Of a stretch of DNA of 64,000 nucleotides, positions 29,353-38,768 are shown piece by piece (within the stretch, counting starts at the first letter, position 1; every line of letters starts with the position of its first letter). Below the pieces are notes generated by a model, which saw only the letters and a program-made list of their open reading frames with translations, was not told the origin of the DNA and ran no database searches. A program made the translations under genes and the position numbers. Origin of the DNA: an uncultured delta proteobacterium (GTDB lineage Bacteria; Myxococcota_A; Polyangia; Polyangiales; Polyangiaceae); assembly GCA_963716725.1 (NCBI GenBank), contig CAVQUB010000005.1, forward strand, positions 256,001 to 320,000, given 5' to 3'.

Positions 29353-32349
29353 GTGTCGGATCGCGACAAACTACTTCAGAGCGCCCAGAAGTGGGTCGAC
29401 AAGAAGCGGTACGACCGAGCTGTCGAAGACTATCTCAAGGTCGTTCAGCTCGATCCGAAGGACATGCGGACCTTGCTCAAGGTCGGCGACCTTCAGACCC
29501 GCATCCAAGCCTACGACCAGGCCATTGCGACCTACGACCGCGTCGGGCAGTTCTACGCCGAGCAAGGCTTCGCGCTCAAGGCCATCGCCGTCTACAAGCA
29601 GATCCGCGAGGTCATCCGCAAACACGCGCCGCAGCTCACGGACCGCTACTCGTACATCGTGCCGAAGCTGGCGGACATCTACACGCAGCTCGGCTTGACC
29701 AGCGACGCGCTCGCGGCATGGGACGAGGTTGCGGCTCGGTACCAGCGCAACAACTTGGACCGGGACGCCATCGAGGTGTTCCAGAAGATGGTCGCGCTCG
29801 ACTCGACCAATCCGCTGCCCTACCTGAGGCTGGCCGAAGCCTGCTGTCGGGTCCAGGACCTCGACGACGCTATCCAGGCCTTCTGGACCGCCGCCGAGCT
29901 GCTGCTCAAGCTCGAGCGCCGTGAAGACGCCCTGAAGGTCATCGAGCGCATCCTTCACTTCAAGGCAGATCCCGAGTACGCGCGCATGGCGGCGCAGCTC
30001 TACCTGCAGAAGGGCCGGCGTGAAGACGGCCTGCAGGCCCTGGCGAAGCTCCAGATCGCGTTCCAGGCCGATCCCCGAGACCTCGACACGCTGGGGCTCC
30101 TGGCTCAGGCCTTCACCGTCATCGGACAGGCGGACAAAGCCCTCGAGGTCTACAAGGAGATGGCCCGAATCGCCCGCGAAGCCGGGCGCCAAGACCTCTT
30201 CGATCAGCTCGTTGCCCACCTCGAGCAGGTGGCGCCCGCCGACGAGGGCGTTCGCGCGCTGCGTTCGATGCCGCCGTCGATGCATCCCGATGAAGGCCGG
30301 GATCCTTCGGCCGTCCACGTGGCCGACGACGATCTCGAACTGGTCGATGAAGAACCGGAGATCGAAGACGACGAGCCCGAGCAGATCCCGGCCGAGGCGC
30401 CCTTCGCGCTCAATCGCCCCAGCCACCCGCCAATGAGGCCGTTTCAGGCCAGCGCCCCGGACGTCATGGTGGCGGACTCCCACTACGTCTCCGACGGCTA
30501 CTCCGGCGACGACGACTTCGACGTCGAGGCTCACGTCCGGAAGGCGATGGTCGACGCCGAGGCCTTCCGGAAGCTGCGCCTCTACAGCAAGGCGCTGGAG
30601 ACCTTGCAGATCGCCCTGGAGGTGAGCCCCGGAAGCATCGACGCGCGGGAGAAGTACCGCGAGCTCTTGCTCGAGTCGGGTGATCGCGACGCGGCTATCG
30701 GTGAGTCCATCGCGCTCGCGGCCATCTACCTCGATCGGAACGACATCGAGCGAGCCGAGATGCTGCTCTACGACGTGCTCGACTCCGAGCCAGAGCATCC
30801 GGTCGCATTGGAGATGCTCGCGCAGATCCAAGGCGGTACCGCGCCGGGGCAGCAGTGGAGCGCCGACTCCGCGACCGAGGCCGTGGCGGTCGACTATTCA
30901 GAGCAGGAGAGCGTCGACGTCGCCTACCAGTCGGCACCCGCCTGGGACGAGTACCGGGCCCGCGGTCCCTTGCCCTCCTACGACTTGGAGGAGGTCAGCG
31001 CGTCGAGCGTCATGGCCAGCCCCACTCCCATGTCCGAGAGTGGGGGAGCGTTCCAAATGGACGATCCCTTCGCCGTCTCGAGCGATCCGCAGGCGGCCGC
31101 CGGGCCCTTGCCGAGCTTTCCGCTCGGCTCCGAGGAGGACTCGCAGCGTCTGGACGACCCAGATCCCTACCTCGACGATCCGGCTGACTACCTCGAAGCC
31201 GAGCCCGAGCCCGAGGCCCGCGATGGCGGGCCGAACGCGTTCGACGAGGCCTATCCCACCGCCGCGGGCGAGGTCTCGGCAGTCAACATCGAAGCCATCG
31301 AAGAGGCGCTCGAAGAGGCGGAGTTTTTCACCACCCGCGGACTCTACGACGACGCCAAGGCCATCATCATCGATCAGCTGACGCGCGCGCCTGGACATCC
31401 CCTGTTGGTGGAGCGCCTCGACGAGATCGAGCAGGTACTCGGCACCGTTCGGGAGAGCACGCCGGTCGATCGCTCGGCGATGCCCGCCCACCCCTCTGGG
31501 CATCCCCCTTCGGGTACTTTCAAGGATCGTACCCCTTCGGGTACTTTCAAGGATCGTACCCCTTCGGGTACTTTCAAGGATCGTACCCCTTCGGGTACTT
31601 TCAAGGATCGTACCCCTTCGGGTACTTTCAAGGATCGTACCCCTTCGGGTACTTTCAAGGATCGTACCCCTTCGGGTACTTTCAAGGATCGTACCCCTTC
31701 GGGTACTTTCAAGGATCGGCCCGTGGCCGTGCACCAGGAGCCCGAGGACCGCGCTTTCGACATTGCCGCGTCACTCGAGGCGCTCGACAGCCTCCAGCCG
31801 TCCGCTCCGCCAGCCCCGGCGCCGAGCGCCCTCTCGGATCAGGACGTCGACCAAGTCTTCGAGAAGTTCAAGGCGGGCATTCGGGCCCAGGTCAGCGAGA
31901 ATGACAGCGCCACCCATTACGATCTGGGCGTCGCGTACAAAGAAATGGGCTTGCTGCCCGACGCGATGAACGAGTTTGGGCTCGCGGCGCGTGACCCGAC
32001 GCGGGAGTGCATGTGCTACGCGATGATCGGCATGATCCGCGTGGAGCGCGGCGAACTCGATCTCTCGGCCAAGGCCTACATCCGCGGCCTCGAGGCAGGG
32101 CAGAAGACCCCCGATCAGGAGCTCGCGCTCTACTACGACCTCGGCAACGTCTACGAAATGAAGGGCTCGACGAAGGACGCGCTCTACTACTTCGAAAAAG
32201 TCGCGCTGAAAGATCCACGTTACCGTGGGGTGTCGGACCGGATCGCCGCGCTCCAGCCGGGGGCACGGCCGGCGTCGGGCACCCGCGCGGTGAACGAAGA
32301 AGAAGACTTCGACCGCGTCTTCGACGACTTGTTCGAATCAAAGCGCTGA
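29353..32349 (+). CDS. sgmX: Large TPR protein, SgmX-like (type IV pilus/polarity factor)
   Basis: N-terminal TPR array, acidic linker, and C-terminal TPRs with THYDLGVAYKEMGL, matching the architecture I recall for myxobacterial SgmX. Orthology inferred, not searched. Confidence 0.7.
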   Translation: MSDRDKLLQSAQKWVDKKRYDRAVEDYLKVVQLDPKDMRTLLKVGDLQTRIQAYDQAIATYDRVGQFYAEQGFALKAIAVYKQIREVIRKHAPQLTDRYSYIVPKLADIYTQLGLTSDALAAWDEVAARYQRNNLDRDAIEVFQKMVALDSTNPLPYLRLAEACCRVQDLDDAIQAFWTAAELLLKLERREDALKVIERILHFKADPEYARMAAQLYLQKGRREDGLQALAKLQIAFQADPRDLDTLGLLAQAFTVIGQADKALEVYKEMARIAREAGRQDLFDQLVAHLEQVAPADEGVRALRSMPPSMHPDEGRDPSAVHVADDDLELVDEEPEIEDDEPEQIPAEAPFALNRPSHPPMRPFQASAPDVMVADSHYVSDGYSGDDDFDVEAHVRKAMVDAEAFRKLRLYSKALETLQIALEVSPGSIDAREKYRELLLESGDRDAAIGESIALAAIYLDRNDIERAEMLLYDVLDSEPEHPVALEMLAQIQGGTAPGQQWSADSATEAVAVDYSEQESVDVAYQSAPAWDEYRARGPLPSYDLEEVSASSVMASPTPMSESGGAFQMDDPFAVSSDPQAAAGPLPSFPLGSEEDSQRLDDPDPYLDDPADYLEAEPEPEARDGGPNAFDEAYPTAAGEVSAVNIEAIEEALEEAEFFTTRGLYDDAKAIIIDQLTRAPGHPLLVERLDEIEQVLGTVRESTPVDRSAMPAHPSGHPPSGTFKDRTPSGTFKDRTPSGTFKDRTPSGTFKDRTPSGTFKDRTPSGTFKDRTPSGTFKDRTPSGTFKDRPVAVHQEPEDRAFDIAASLEALDSLQPSAPPAPAPSALSDQDVDQVFEKFKAGIRAQVSENDSATHYDLGVAYKEMGLLPDAMNEFGLAARDPTRECMCYAMIGMIRVERGELDLSAKAYIRGLEAGQKTPDQELALYYDLGNVYEMKGSTKDALYYFEKVALKDPRYRGVSDRIAALQPGARPASGTRAVNEEEDFDRVFDDLFESKR
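31505..31718 (+). repeat. In-frame 27-bp tandem repeat x8 (CCCCTTCGGGTACTTTCAAGGATCGTA; peptide PSGTFKDRT)
   Basis: Seven identical units from 31505 to 31693 plus a 25-bp eighth unit; no spacers. Confidence 0.97.
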
Positions 32350-32371
32350 AATCGGCCCGGCGAGCGCCGGT

Positions 32372-33127
32372 TCATCCGAGCCGAAGCAGCAGCTCCTGCA
32401 CGTAGTCGTCCCCGCCCAGCTCGGCCTTGGCCTGGCGCAGGCCCTCGGCGAGCGGGGTGCCCTTGCTCCAGATCATACGAAACGCGCCCTGGAGCGCGCG
32501 CCGTGAGACCTCCGGCACGCCCATGCGCTCGAGGCCGACGTCGTTCAGGGCGCGCACCCGTGCGCGGTCTCCCGCGGCGATGACAAAGGGCGGGACGTTG
32601 CGCTCGACCTTGGCGCCGCCGGCCAAGAAGCAGCCGCGCCCGAGGCGCACGAAGGGCTGAACGGCCACGTGCCCTCCGCACACGACCTGGTCTTCGACCG
32701 TGACGTGCCCGCCCAGCGTCGCCAAGTTGCTCAAGATGACGTCGCTACCCAGGTTGCAGTCGTGCGCGACGTGGGCGCCGACCATGAGCAGACAGCGGGA
32801 ACCGATTCGCGTCACCCCGCCTCCCTTCAGCGTTCCGCGGTGCAGCGTCACCTGCTCCCGGATCTCGTTGTCGTCGCCGATCTCGAGCAGAGTTGGCTCG
32901 CCGCTGTAGGACCTGTCCTGTGGCGGCGCACCGATCACGGCCCCCGGAAAGATGCGGTTGCGACGGCCGATCCGAGTGCCCGGACCGAGCACGCTCACGT
33001 GCCCCACCAGCTCGCAGCCTTCGCCGAGCTGAGCGCCAGCGGCCACCCAGCAGAAGGGGCCGACGACCACGTCCTCAGCGAGCTCCGCACCCGGCTCGAC
33101 CACCGCAGAGGCGTGGATGCGGGCCAC
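32372..33127 (-). CDS. lpxA: UDP-N-acetylglucosamine O-acyltransferase
   Basis: Hexapeptide repeats, PQD, TLHRGT, HVAHDC, GGHV; follows fabZ. Confidence 0.95.
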   Translation of the reverse strand: MARIHASAVVEPGAELAEDVVVGPFCWVAAGAQLGEGCELVGHVSVLGPGTRIGRRNRIFPGAVIGAPPQDRSYSGEPTLLEIGDDNEIREQVTLHRGTLKGGGVTRIGSRCLLMVGAHVAHDCNLGSDVILSNLATLGGHVTVEDQVVCGGHVAVQPFVRLGRGCFLAGGAKVERNVPPFVIAAGDRARVRALNDVGLERMGVPEVSRRALQGAFRMIWSKGTPLAEGLRQAKAELGGDDYVQELLLRLG

Positions 33128-33131
33128 GGCA

Positions 33132-33590
33132 CTACCCCGACCGATCGACGATGGACGCGAGCAGCTCCCCCTGCGCGCACAGGGTGCCGTCCACCGTGGC
33201 CTCGCCCCGCAGCTTCCAGACGTTGGTGCGGTGCTGAATCACCTGGACCTCGAGATCCAAGCGATCGCCCGGAGTGACGGTGTGGCGGAACTTCGCCTTG
33301 TCGATGCCGAGAAAGTACATCAGGCTGCTCGACGAATCGAAGGGCTCGGAGGCGTAGGCCAAGATGCCGCCGATTTGGGCCAGCGCTTCGATGATCAGGA
33401 CGCCCGGCATGATGGGGCGGCCGGGGAAGTGACCGTTCGCCCACGGTTCGTTGTAGCTGACGTTCTTGTGCCCACGGATGTGCTTGCCCTTGACGACCTC
33501 GGTGACCCGATCGACCAGCACGAAGGGGTAGCGGTGCGGCAAGATCTCGAGGATCTTCTGGATGTCGAGGGTGGTGGCGCGCGGGCTCAT
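33132..33590 (-). CDS. fabZ: 3-hydroxyacyl-ACP dehydratase
   Basis: LPHRYPFVLVDRV, GHFPGRPIMPGVLIIEALAQ. Confidence 0.97.
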   Translation of the reverse strand: MSPRATTLDIQKILEILPHRYPFVLVDRVTEVVKGKHIRGHKNVSYNEPWANGHFPGRPIMPGVLIIEALAQIGGILAYASEPFDSSSSLMYFLGIDKAKFRHTVTPGDRLDLEVQVIQHRTNVWKLRGEATVDGTLCAQGELLASIVDRSG

Positions 33591-33685
33591 CTCGAAGCGC
33601 GAGCCTGGCACGGCGACAGCGAGGGGTACAGGCGCCTGCTCGGCGCTGCGACCCTCAGCGCAAACAGGGCCGCCGATCGATCCGG

Positions 33686-34591
33686 CTAACGCCTGAGCAG
33701 CCGCGCCATGGCGCGCAGCCAGCGGACCTTCGGCACCGCCGGAAAACCCGCGACCGTCGCGCCGGGCGGCACGTCCGCGATGACGCCGCTCTTGGCCGCG
33801 AGGCGCGCCCCTGCCCCCACGCGAACGTGGTCCTTCACGCCGACCTGACCGCCCACCTGCACGCCGTCTTCGAGCACCACCGAGCCCGCGAAGCCCGACT
33901 GCGCGGCGATCAGACAGCACCTTCCGATCTGCACGTTGTGACCGACGTGGATCTGCGCATCGAGCTTGGACTCGGCTCCCACGCGCGTGGGCGAGAGCGT
34001 GCCCGCGTCGACCGTGCAGAGCGCGCCAATCTCGACGTCGTCGTCGATGACGACGCCGCCCAGCTGCGGCATGCGCCGCGGACGACCCTCGGGGCTCCGA
34101 ACCCAGCCGAACCCGGGTCGACCGATGACTGCGCCGGCGCCCACCCTCACACGCTGACCGATGACCACGTTGCCGTAGATGACGGCGTTCGGACCGACCT
34201 CGGAGCCTGCGCCGATGCGCGCGCCCCGAAGCACCACGGCTCCGGGGCTGATGATGGCGTCGGCGGCGATCTCGGAATTGGAGTCGTTCGGCGGAAGATC
34301 GTCGAGCAACTCGGCCAGCACCCAGTCGGCGTGCGGGTGGATCCAACGGCGGCCGTCGGCAATTCGGGCAGCCAGCTCCGGCGGGCACAGGATCGGGCCC
34401 GCCGACGAGGACGCCTCGCTGAGAAATCGTGGTGACCCGACGAGCACTAGATCGCTGGTGGTCAGCCCAAGGCCGGGCGCCACGATACGATCGACGCTGC
34501 GCTCGGCGATCTCGGTATCCAGCGTTCCGCCGAAGCGCGCCGAGAGCTCCGTGAGCCGAAGCGGGCGGCGGAGCGAGAAGCCCGCGCTCAC
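33686..34591 (-). CDS. lpxD: UDP-3-O-(3-hydroxyacyl)glucosamine N-acyltransferase
   Basis: GRPGFGW, PQLGGVVIDDDVEIGA, KLDAQIHVGHNV; GTG start overlaps the skp stop. Confidence 0.92.
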   Translation of the reverse strand: MSAGFSLRRPLRLTELSARFGGTLDTEIAERSVDRIVAPGLGLTTSDLVLVGSPRFLSEASSSAGPILCPPELAARIADGRRWIHPHADWVLAELLDDLPPNDSNSEIAADAIISPGAVVLRGARIGAGSEVGPNAVIYGNVVIGQRVRVGAGAVIGRPGFGWVRSPEGRPRRMPQLGGVVIDDDVEIGALCTVDAGTLSPTRVGAESKLDAQIHVGHNVQIGRCCLIAAQSGFAGSVVLEDGVQVGGQVGVKDHVRVGAGARLAAKSGVIADVPPGATVAGFPAVPKVRWLRAMARLLRR

Positions 34592-35214
34592 TTCTTGGGG
34601 GTGAGCGTCGGGGCGGTGAGCGTCGGGCCCGGGAGCGTCGGGGCCTTGGCTCCACCCTTGGCGTCGCCCTTGGCGTCGCCCTTGGTGTCGCCGCCGCCGC
34701 CCTGGTTGTATTGCTGAATTACGCGGTCGGTCAGATCGAGATCGCTGCGCACGTAGGGCACGGCCTGTTTGTCGACGACCAAGTCGAAGCCGTCGTTGGA
34801 GGCCATGCGCCGAATCAGCCCCATGGTCTTCTGAAAGATCGGCTGCGTCAGCTCGTTCTGCTTCTTCTGCAGCTCTTTGTTGTATTCGACGAAGACCGTC
34901 TGCAGCTGCATCATCTCGCGCTGCCACTTCTCGACGCGCTTCTGGAGCGCCGCCTTGCTCAGCACGTTCTGCTGCTTCTCGATGTCCTCGCGTTCCTTCT
35001 GCAAGTCCGTCTGCTTCTTGTCGAGTTCGTGCTGCCGCTTGTCGAAGAGCTTCTTCAACGTCGCTTGAGCGCGGAGGCCGTCTTCGGTCTCCATGATGGC
35101 GCGCTGGGTATCGACCACGGCGAGCTTGGCTTGGGCGGCCGCGGTGGCGGTGGTGCCGAGGGCGGCGACGAACAGCGAGATGCTCAGGGCCCATCGAGTC
35201 GAATGACGAAGCAT
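34588..35214 (-). CDS. skp: OmpH/Skp periplasmic chaperone
   Basis: Signal peptide, KLAVVD, coiled coil, DLTDRVIQQYN; directly upstream of lpxD. Confidence 0.92.
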   Translation of the reverse strand: MLRHSTRWALSISLFVAALGTTATAAAQAKLAVVDTQRAIMETEDGLRAQATLKKLFDKRQHELDKKQTDLQKEREDIEKQQNVLSKAALQKRVEKWQREMMQLQTVFVEYNKELQKKQNELTQPIFQKTMGLIRRMASNDGFDLVVDKQAVPYVRSDLDLTDRVIQQYNQGGGGDTKGDAKGDAKGGAKAPTLPGPTLTAPTLTPKK

Positions 35215-35284
35215 GGCCGGGGGCATACGAGACGCCCGGTCCCGGGTCAAGACGCTGGCCGAGTCGGCTCCCGGGAGTGGGCCG

Positions 35285-36640
35285 TCAGAGCAACACGAAA
35301 TCGTCGGCTTCGGCGGCTTCTTGGGCGACGACGCTGGTGGTTTCCTCGTCCCGTTTGACCGCCAGCTCGTACAGCTCGGCCAAAATCGCCGGGTGCTCCT
35401 TGATCAGCTCGAGGAACCGGTCGCGGGGCAGGTGCAGGGTGACGGTCGGGCAGGCGGCCATCACGTTGGCGGTGGACGGGCGACGCAGGACCAGCGCCAC
35501 TTCGCCCACGACCTCTCCCACGCCGAGCTTTGCCAGGAGCGTTCGGTCTTCGCCGTCGTCGTGCATGACGACGACCTCCCCCGACGCGATCAGATGCAGG
35601 CCGTCGGAGGCCTGCCCCTGACTGATCAAGAGTTCGCCGTCTTCGTAGGTCCGCGTGACGAATCGATCGACCAGCGCCGGGCGCGCGGCGGGCTTCACTG
35701 CGCTCAAGATGTTGCTGGTGCGGACCAAGTTCTCGACCATTCGGCGGCGACAGTGATCGGCGAACTCCTGACCGACGGCGGGTTGCCGCGCCGCAACCGC
35801 ATCGAGGGCGTCCTTGCGGGCCACCAAGATGATGCTGGGGCGCGCTGCCACGACGCTGGCCGCCCGCGGGGCGCGCGAGAGCAGGGCCATCTCGCCAAAG
35901 AGCGCGCCGCTGCCGAGGCGGGCGAGCAAGAGGGACTCGCTGCCTTCTCCTTGGCGGCAGACTTCGAGCTCCCCGCGCGCGAGAATGTACGCTTCCGCGC
36001 CCGGTGTTCCTTCGTCGATGAGCACCGCACCGGTTGCGACCGTCTTGACCTCGAAGACGTCCAGCATGGCGCGCAGCGCGGATCGATCGAGGGCGCTGAA
36101 TAGAGGCTGCGGAGCGACCTTGGCACGCGTTGGCCCCGAGGCTGACTCGCGCTCGCGGAGCTTCTGGGCTTCGTGCACCAGCTCTTGCGCCTTGCCGACC
36201 AACGCCTTGCCCGAGAGCGCGGCCGGTAGCGGCTGAAATGCTTCGGCCGAGTGGGGCAGCTCCGGGGGCGAGGCGCCCGTGCTCAGCAGCTGCGACGAGC
36301 CTTTGCAGAAGGTCTTCGCGATGGCATCGCGGTGTTTGGCCGCGTCGTGGCCCAGCGTCGCGAGATCGCAGCACGCTGCAACGGCCAGTGGCAGGTTGCC
36401 GATGTCGATGGCCCGGGCGACGGCCAGCTCCAGCCCCTCGATGCCGACCTCGCGGCGGCCCGCCGCTGCCAGTAGACGAGCGGTGATGATCAGCCCCAGC
36501 GGCCCCGCGGGCTCGCTCTTCACCAGCGCAGCTCCCCAGCGCAGCGCGGCGTCGAGCTCGTCGGCGAGGGAGAGCGCCATCGCGCGATCGGCGGGGCTGT
36601 CAGCCTGCGGCGTACCCGGCAAACTCGGGGGCGCGGTCAT
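35285..36640 (-). CDS. Protein with two tandem cyclic-nucleotide-binding domains and a helical N-terminus
   Basis: FGEMALL...PRAASVVA and VGEVALV...PSTANVMA. Confidence 0.88.
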   Translation of the reverse strand: MTAPPSLPGTPQADSPADRAMALSLADELDAALRWGAALVKSEPAGPLGLIITARLLAAAGRREVGIEGLELAVARAIDIGNLPLAVAACCDLATLGHDAAKHRDAIAKTFCKGSSQLLSTGASPPELPHSAEAFQPLPAALSGKALVGKAQELVHEAQKLRERESASGPTRAKVAPQPLFSALDRSALRAMLDVFEVKTVATGAVLIDEGTPGAEAYILARGELEVCRQGEGSESLLLARLGSGALFGEMALLSRAPRAASVVAARPSIILVARKDALDAVAARQPAVGQEFADHCRRRMVENLVRTSNILSAVKPAARPALVDRFVTRTYEDGELLISQGQASDGLHLIASGEVVVMHDDGEDRTLLAKLGVGEVVGEVALVLRRPSTANVMAACPTVTLHLPRDRFLELIKEHPAILAELYELAVKRDEETTSVVAQEAAEADDFVLL

Positions 36641-36676
36641 CGGCGTGGAGCCTACCACGAACGTCCTGCCGCCAAC

Positions 36677-37771
36677 TCAGTCCTCGCGGTTCTTTCCGGG
36701 GTCGTCGCCGTCGGTCGCAGGCGAAGCCTCCCGCCCGCGAGAGAGCGCGGCGCTGACCGCGCCGGCGGTGGCAGCGACCAGCGGCACGACGCTCGGGTAG
36801 TCCATGCGGGTGGGACCGATGATGCCGACCGCGCCTCCGGGCCGTCCGCCCTCGTGGATCGGTGCCGCGACGACGCTCATGGGGTAGCCGACGGCCTGGC
36901 TGGTCTCTTCACCCAAGAACACCTGCACGCGATCGGCGCTGAGTGATCGATCGAGCAACAGGACCAAGCGCTCTCGGTCTTCGAGCACACGCATCAAATC
37001 GCGGAGCTCCTCGGTGGTGGCGAAGCCCGGACGTTCGAGCAAGCGGGCCTGTCCTTCGATCACCACGTCCACGACGTGGCCAGCTCCCTCAATCGCCGCA
37101 TTGACGAGCGACAGCCCGAGTCGTCGCAGCGACGCGAGTTCGTCGCGGCCGTCGGAGAGAGCGCGTGCAAAGTGATCTCGCACCTCGACCAGGCTGCGGT
37201 CACCCAGCCCCTCCTCGAGAGCGTTGTGCAAGCGCGCGAGTTCTGCCTCTGCGATCGGCGCTTCGATGCTGATGAACCGGTTCTCGACGCTGCCGTTGGA
37301 AAATACGATCACACTGAGCAGCTCCGTCGGTCGCGTCGGGATGAACCGGACCTTGAGTACGGTGCGCGTCTCGCTGCGCGGTCGAACCAAGATGGCGGCA
37401 GCCCCGGTCAGATCCGAGAGCAGGCGCCCGGTCTGCCTGAGCAGATCGGGTCCCGCGTGGGGATCCAAGAGCAGCTCCTCGATGCGATGAGCTTCTTCTT
37501 CGGAGAGCTGCCGGACACGCATCAACGCGTCGATGAACAGCCGGAAGGCCTTCTCGGTGGGAACTCTGCCCGCCGAGGTGTGGGGCTGCGCCAGATAGCC
37601 GGCGTCTTCGAGGTCGGCGAGCACGTTGCGGATCGTGGCCGCGGACAGGTCGAAGCCGTATTTCTTGACGAGGGTTCGGCTGCCCACCGGCTCGCCGGTG
37701 GCGATGAACTCGGTCACCACCGAGTAGAGAATCGAACGGGCGCGCTTGGGGAGCGGCTGGGACAAGGACAC
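36677..37771 (-). CDS. hrcA: Heat-inducible transcription repressor HrcA
   Basis: GEPVGSRTL, SAATIRN, QPHTSAGRVPT, GIIGPTRMDY. Confidence 0.96.
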   Translation of the reverse strand: MSLSQPLPKRARSILYSVVTEFIATGEPVGSRTLVKKYGFDLSAATIRNVLADLEDAGYLAQPHTSAGRVPTEKAFRLFIDALMRVRQLSEEEAHRIEELLLDPHAGPDLLRQTGRLLSDLTGAAAILVRPRSETRTVLKVRFIPTRPTELLSVIVFSNGSVENRFISIEAPIAEAELARLHNALEEGLGDRSLVEVRDHFARALSDGRDELASLRRLGLSLVNAAIEGAGHVVDVVIEGQARLLERPGFATTEELRDLMRVLEDRERLVLLLDRSLSADRVQVFLGEETSQAVGYPMSVVAAPIHEGGRPGGAVGIIGPTRMDYPSVVPLVAATAGAVSAALSRGREASPATDGDDPGKNRED

Positions 37772-37944
37772 GAAGATTCTCCACCAAGCCCGGACCGTCA
37801 ATTCCAGGGCCCGCACAAAAGCCGGGCATTTCCCCCGGGGTCGGGGGGGCAAGGAGGGTCTCGGTCAGCGAAATCCTTGACACTTTTCCGGCCGGTGCGG
37901 TTTGATCCCGTACCGACCGATTCCTCGGCCGCGGGAGGACACCT

Positions 37945-38730
37945 TTGACCACGACGCTGCTGGCCATCGACGACAGCAAGACCATGCGAAAGGTCCTCGA
38001 GATCACGTTCTCGGGTGACACCTATCAGGTACTCGTCGCGGACAGCGCGCAGCAAGCTCTCGAGAAGCTGCGCGCCGACAAGCCGACCCTGGCGCTGATC
38101 GACGCGAACTTGGGATCTGCGGGCGGCGGCTACGACCTGTGCCAACAGATCAAGCGCGAGGCCCCCGGGGTCGGGGTGCTGATCTTGTCCAGCAAGCAGC
38201 AGCCCTACGACAAGGCGCGTGGCGCCTCCGTGGGCGCTGACGAGTTCATGGACAAGCCCTTCGACACCCAGCAGATCCTCGACAAGACGGCTGCCTTGGT
38301 GCGGCGGCTCGCCGACGCGCCGCCGGCCGCGGCCATGCGTCCCGCGGTTGCCCCACCCGCTGCGGCCGCGCCTGCACCCGCTGCTGCGCCCCCAGTGGTG
38401 ACCCCGCGCCCGTCCGGTGTGCAGCCGCGCCCCGCGGCGCCGGCGATGGGACTCGGTCCGCCGCGACCTCACGTGCAGACCTTGGTCGGCGCGGCCGCGG
38501 CCCCCGCCCCATCGGCGGCCCCCGCGCCCCCGGCTGGCGCGGCGGCAGCGGCGACCTCCGACAACGGACAATTTGCAGAGCGCCTCGCCGGTCTCGGGCT
38601 CAGCAAGGACCAGGTGGAGGGCGTCTTGGCGCTCTCGCGCGAGGTGGTCGAGCAGGTGGTGTGGGAAGTGGTGCCCACCCTCGCCGAGACCATCATCAAA
38701 GAAGAGATCCGTCGGCTCACCGCCGAGTGA
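37945..38730 (+). CDS. romR: RomR-type polarity response regulator
   Basis: Receiver domain (IDDS, conserved D, KPF), Pro/Ala linker, C-terminal EVVEQVVWEVVPTLAETIIKEEIRRL signature; upstream of valS as in Myxococcus. Confidence 0.88.
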   Translation: MTTTLLAIDDSKTMRKVLEITFSGDTYQVLVADSAQQALEKLRADKPTLALIDANLGSAGGGYDLCQQIKREAPGVGVLILSSKQQPYDKARGASVGADEFMDKPFDTQQILDKTAALVRRLADAPPAAAMRPAVAPPAAAAPAPAAAPPVVTPRPSGVQPRPAAPAMGLGPPRPHVQTLVGAAAAPAPSAAPAPPAGAAAAATSDNGQFAERLAGLGLSKDQVEGVLALSREVVEQVVWEVVPTLAETIIKEEIRRLTAE

Positions 38731-38768
38731 TCCCGTTCCTCAGGTCGCGAGCCGAGCCCTGAGGCGGG

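Noticed and set aside
29371..30831. Long antisense ORFs (also 10898-12598, 27719-29269, 39592-41226, 59859-61823)
   Set aside because: Shadow ORFs expected opposite real genes in high-GC DNA; no recognisable motifs.
31505..31718. CRISPR array (27-bp repeat with a hairpin)
   Set aside because: The units are head-to-tail with no spacers, lie in frame within a CDS, and no cas genes are present in the window.
37772..37944. CIRCE operator upstream of hrcA
   Set aside because: No TTAGCACTC-N9-GAGTGCTAA-like inverted repeat is seen; there is only a TTGACA at 37877-37882 facing romR.
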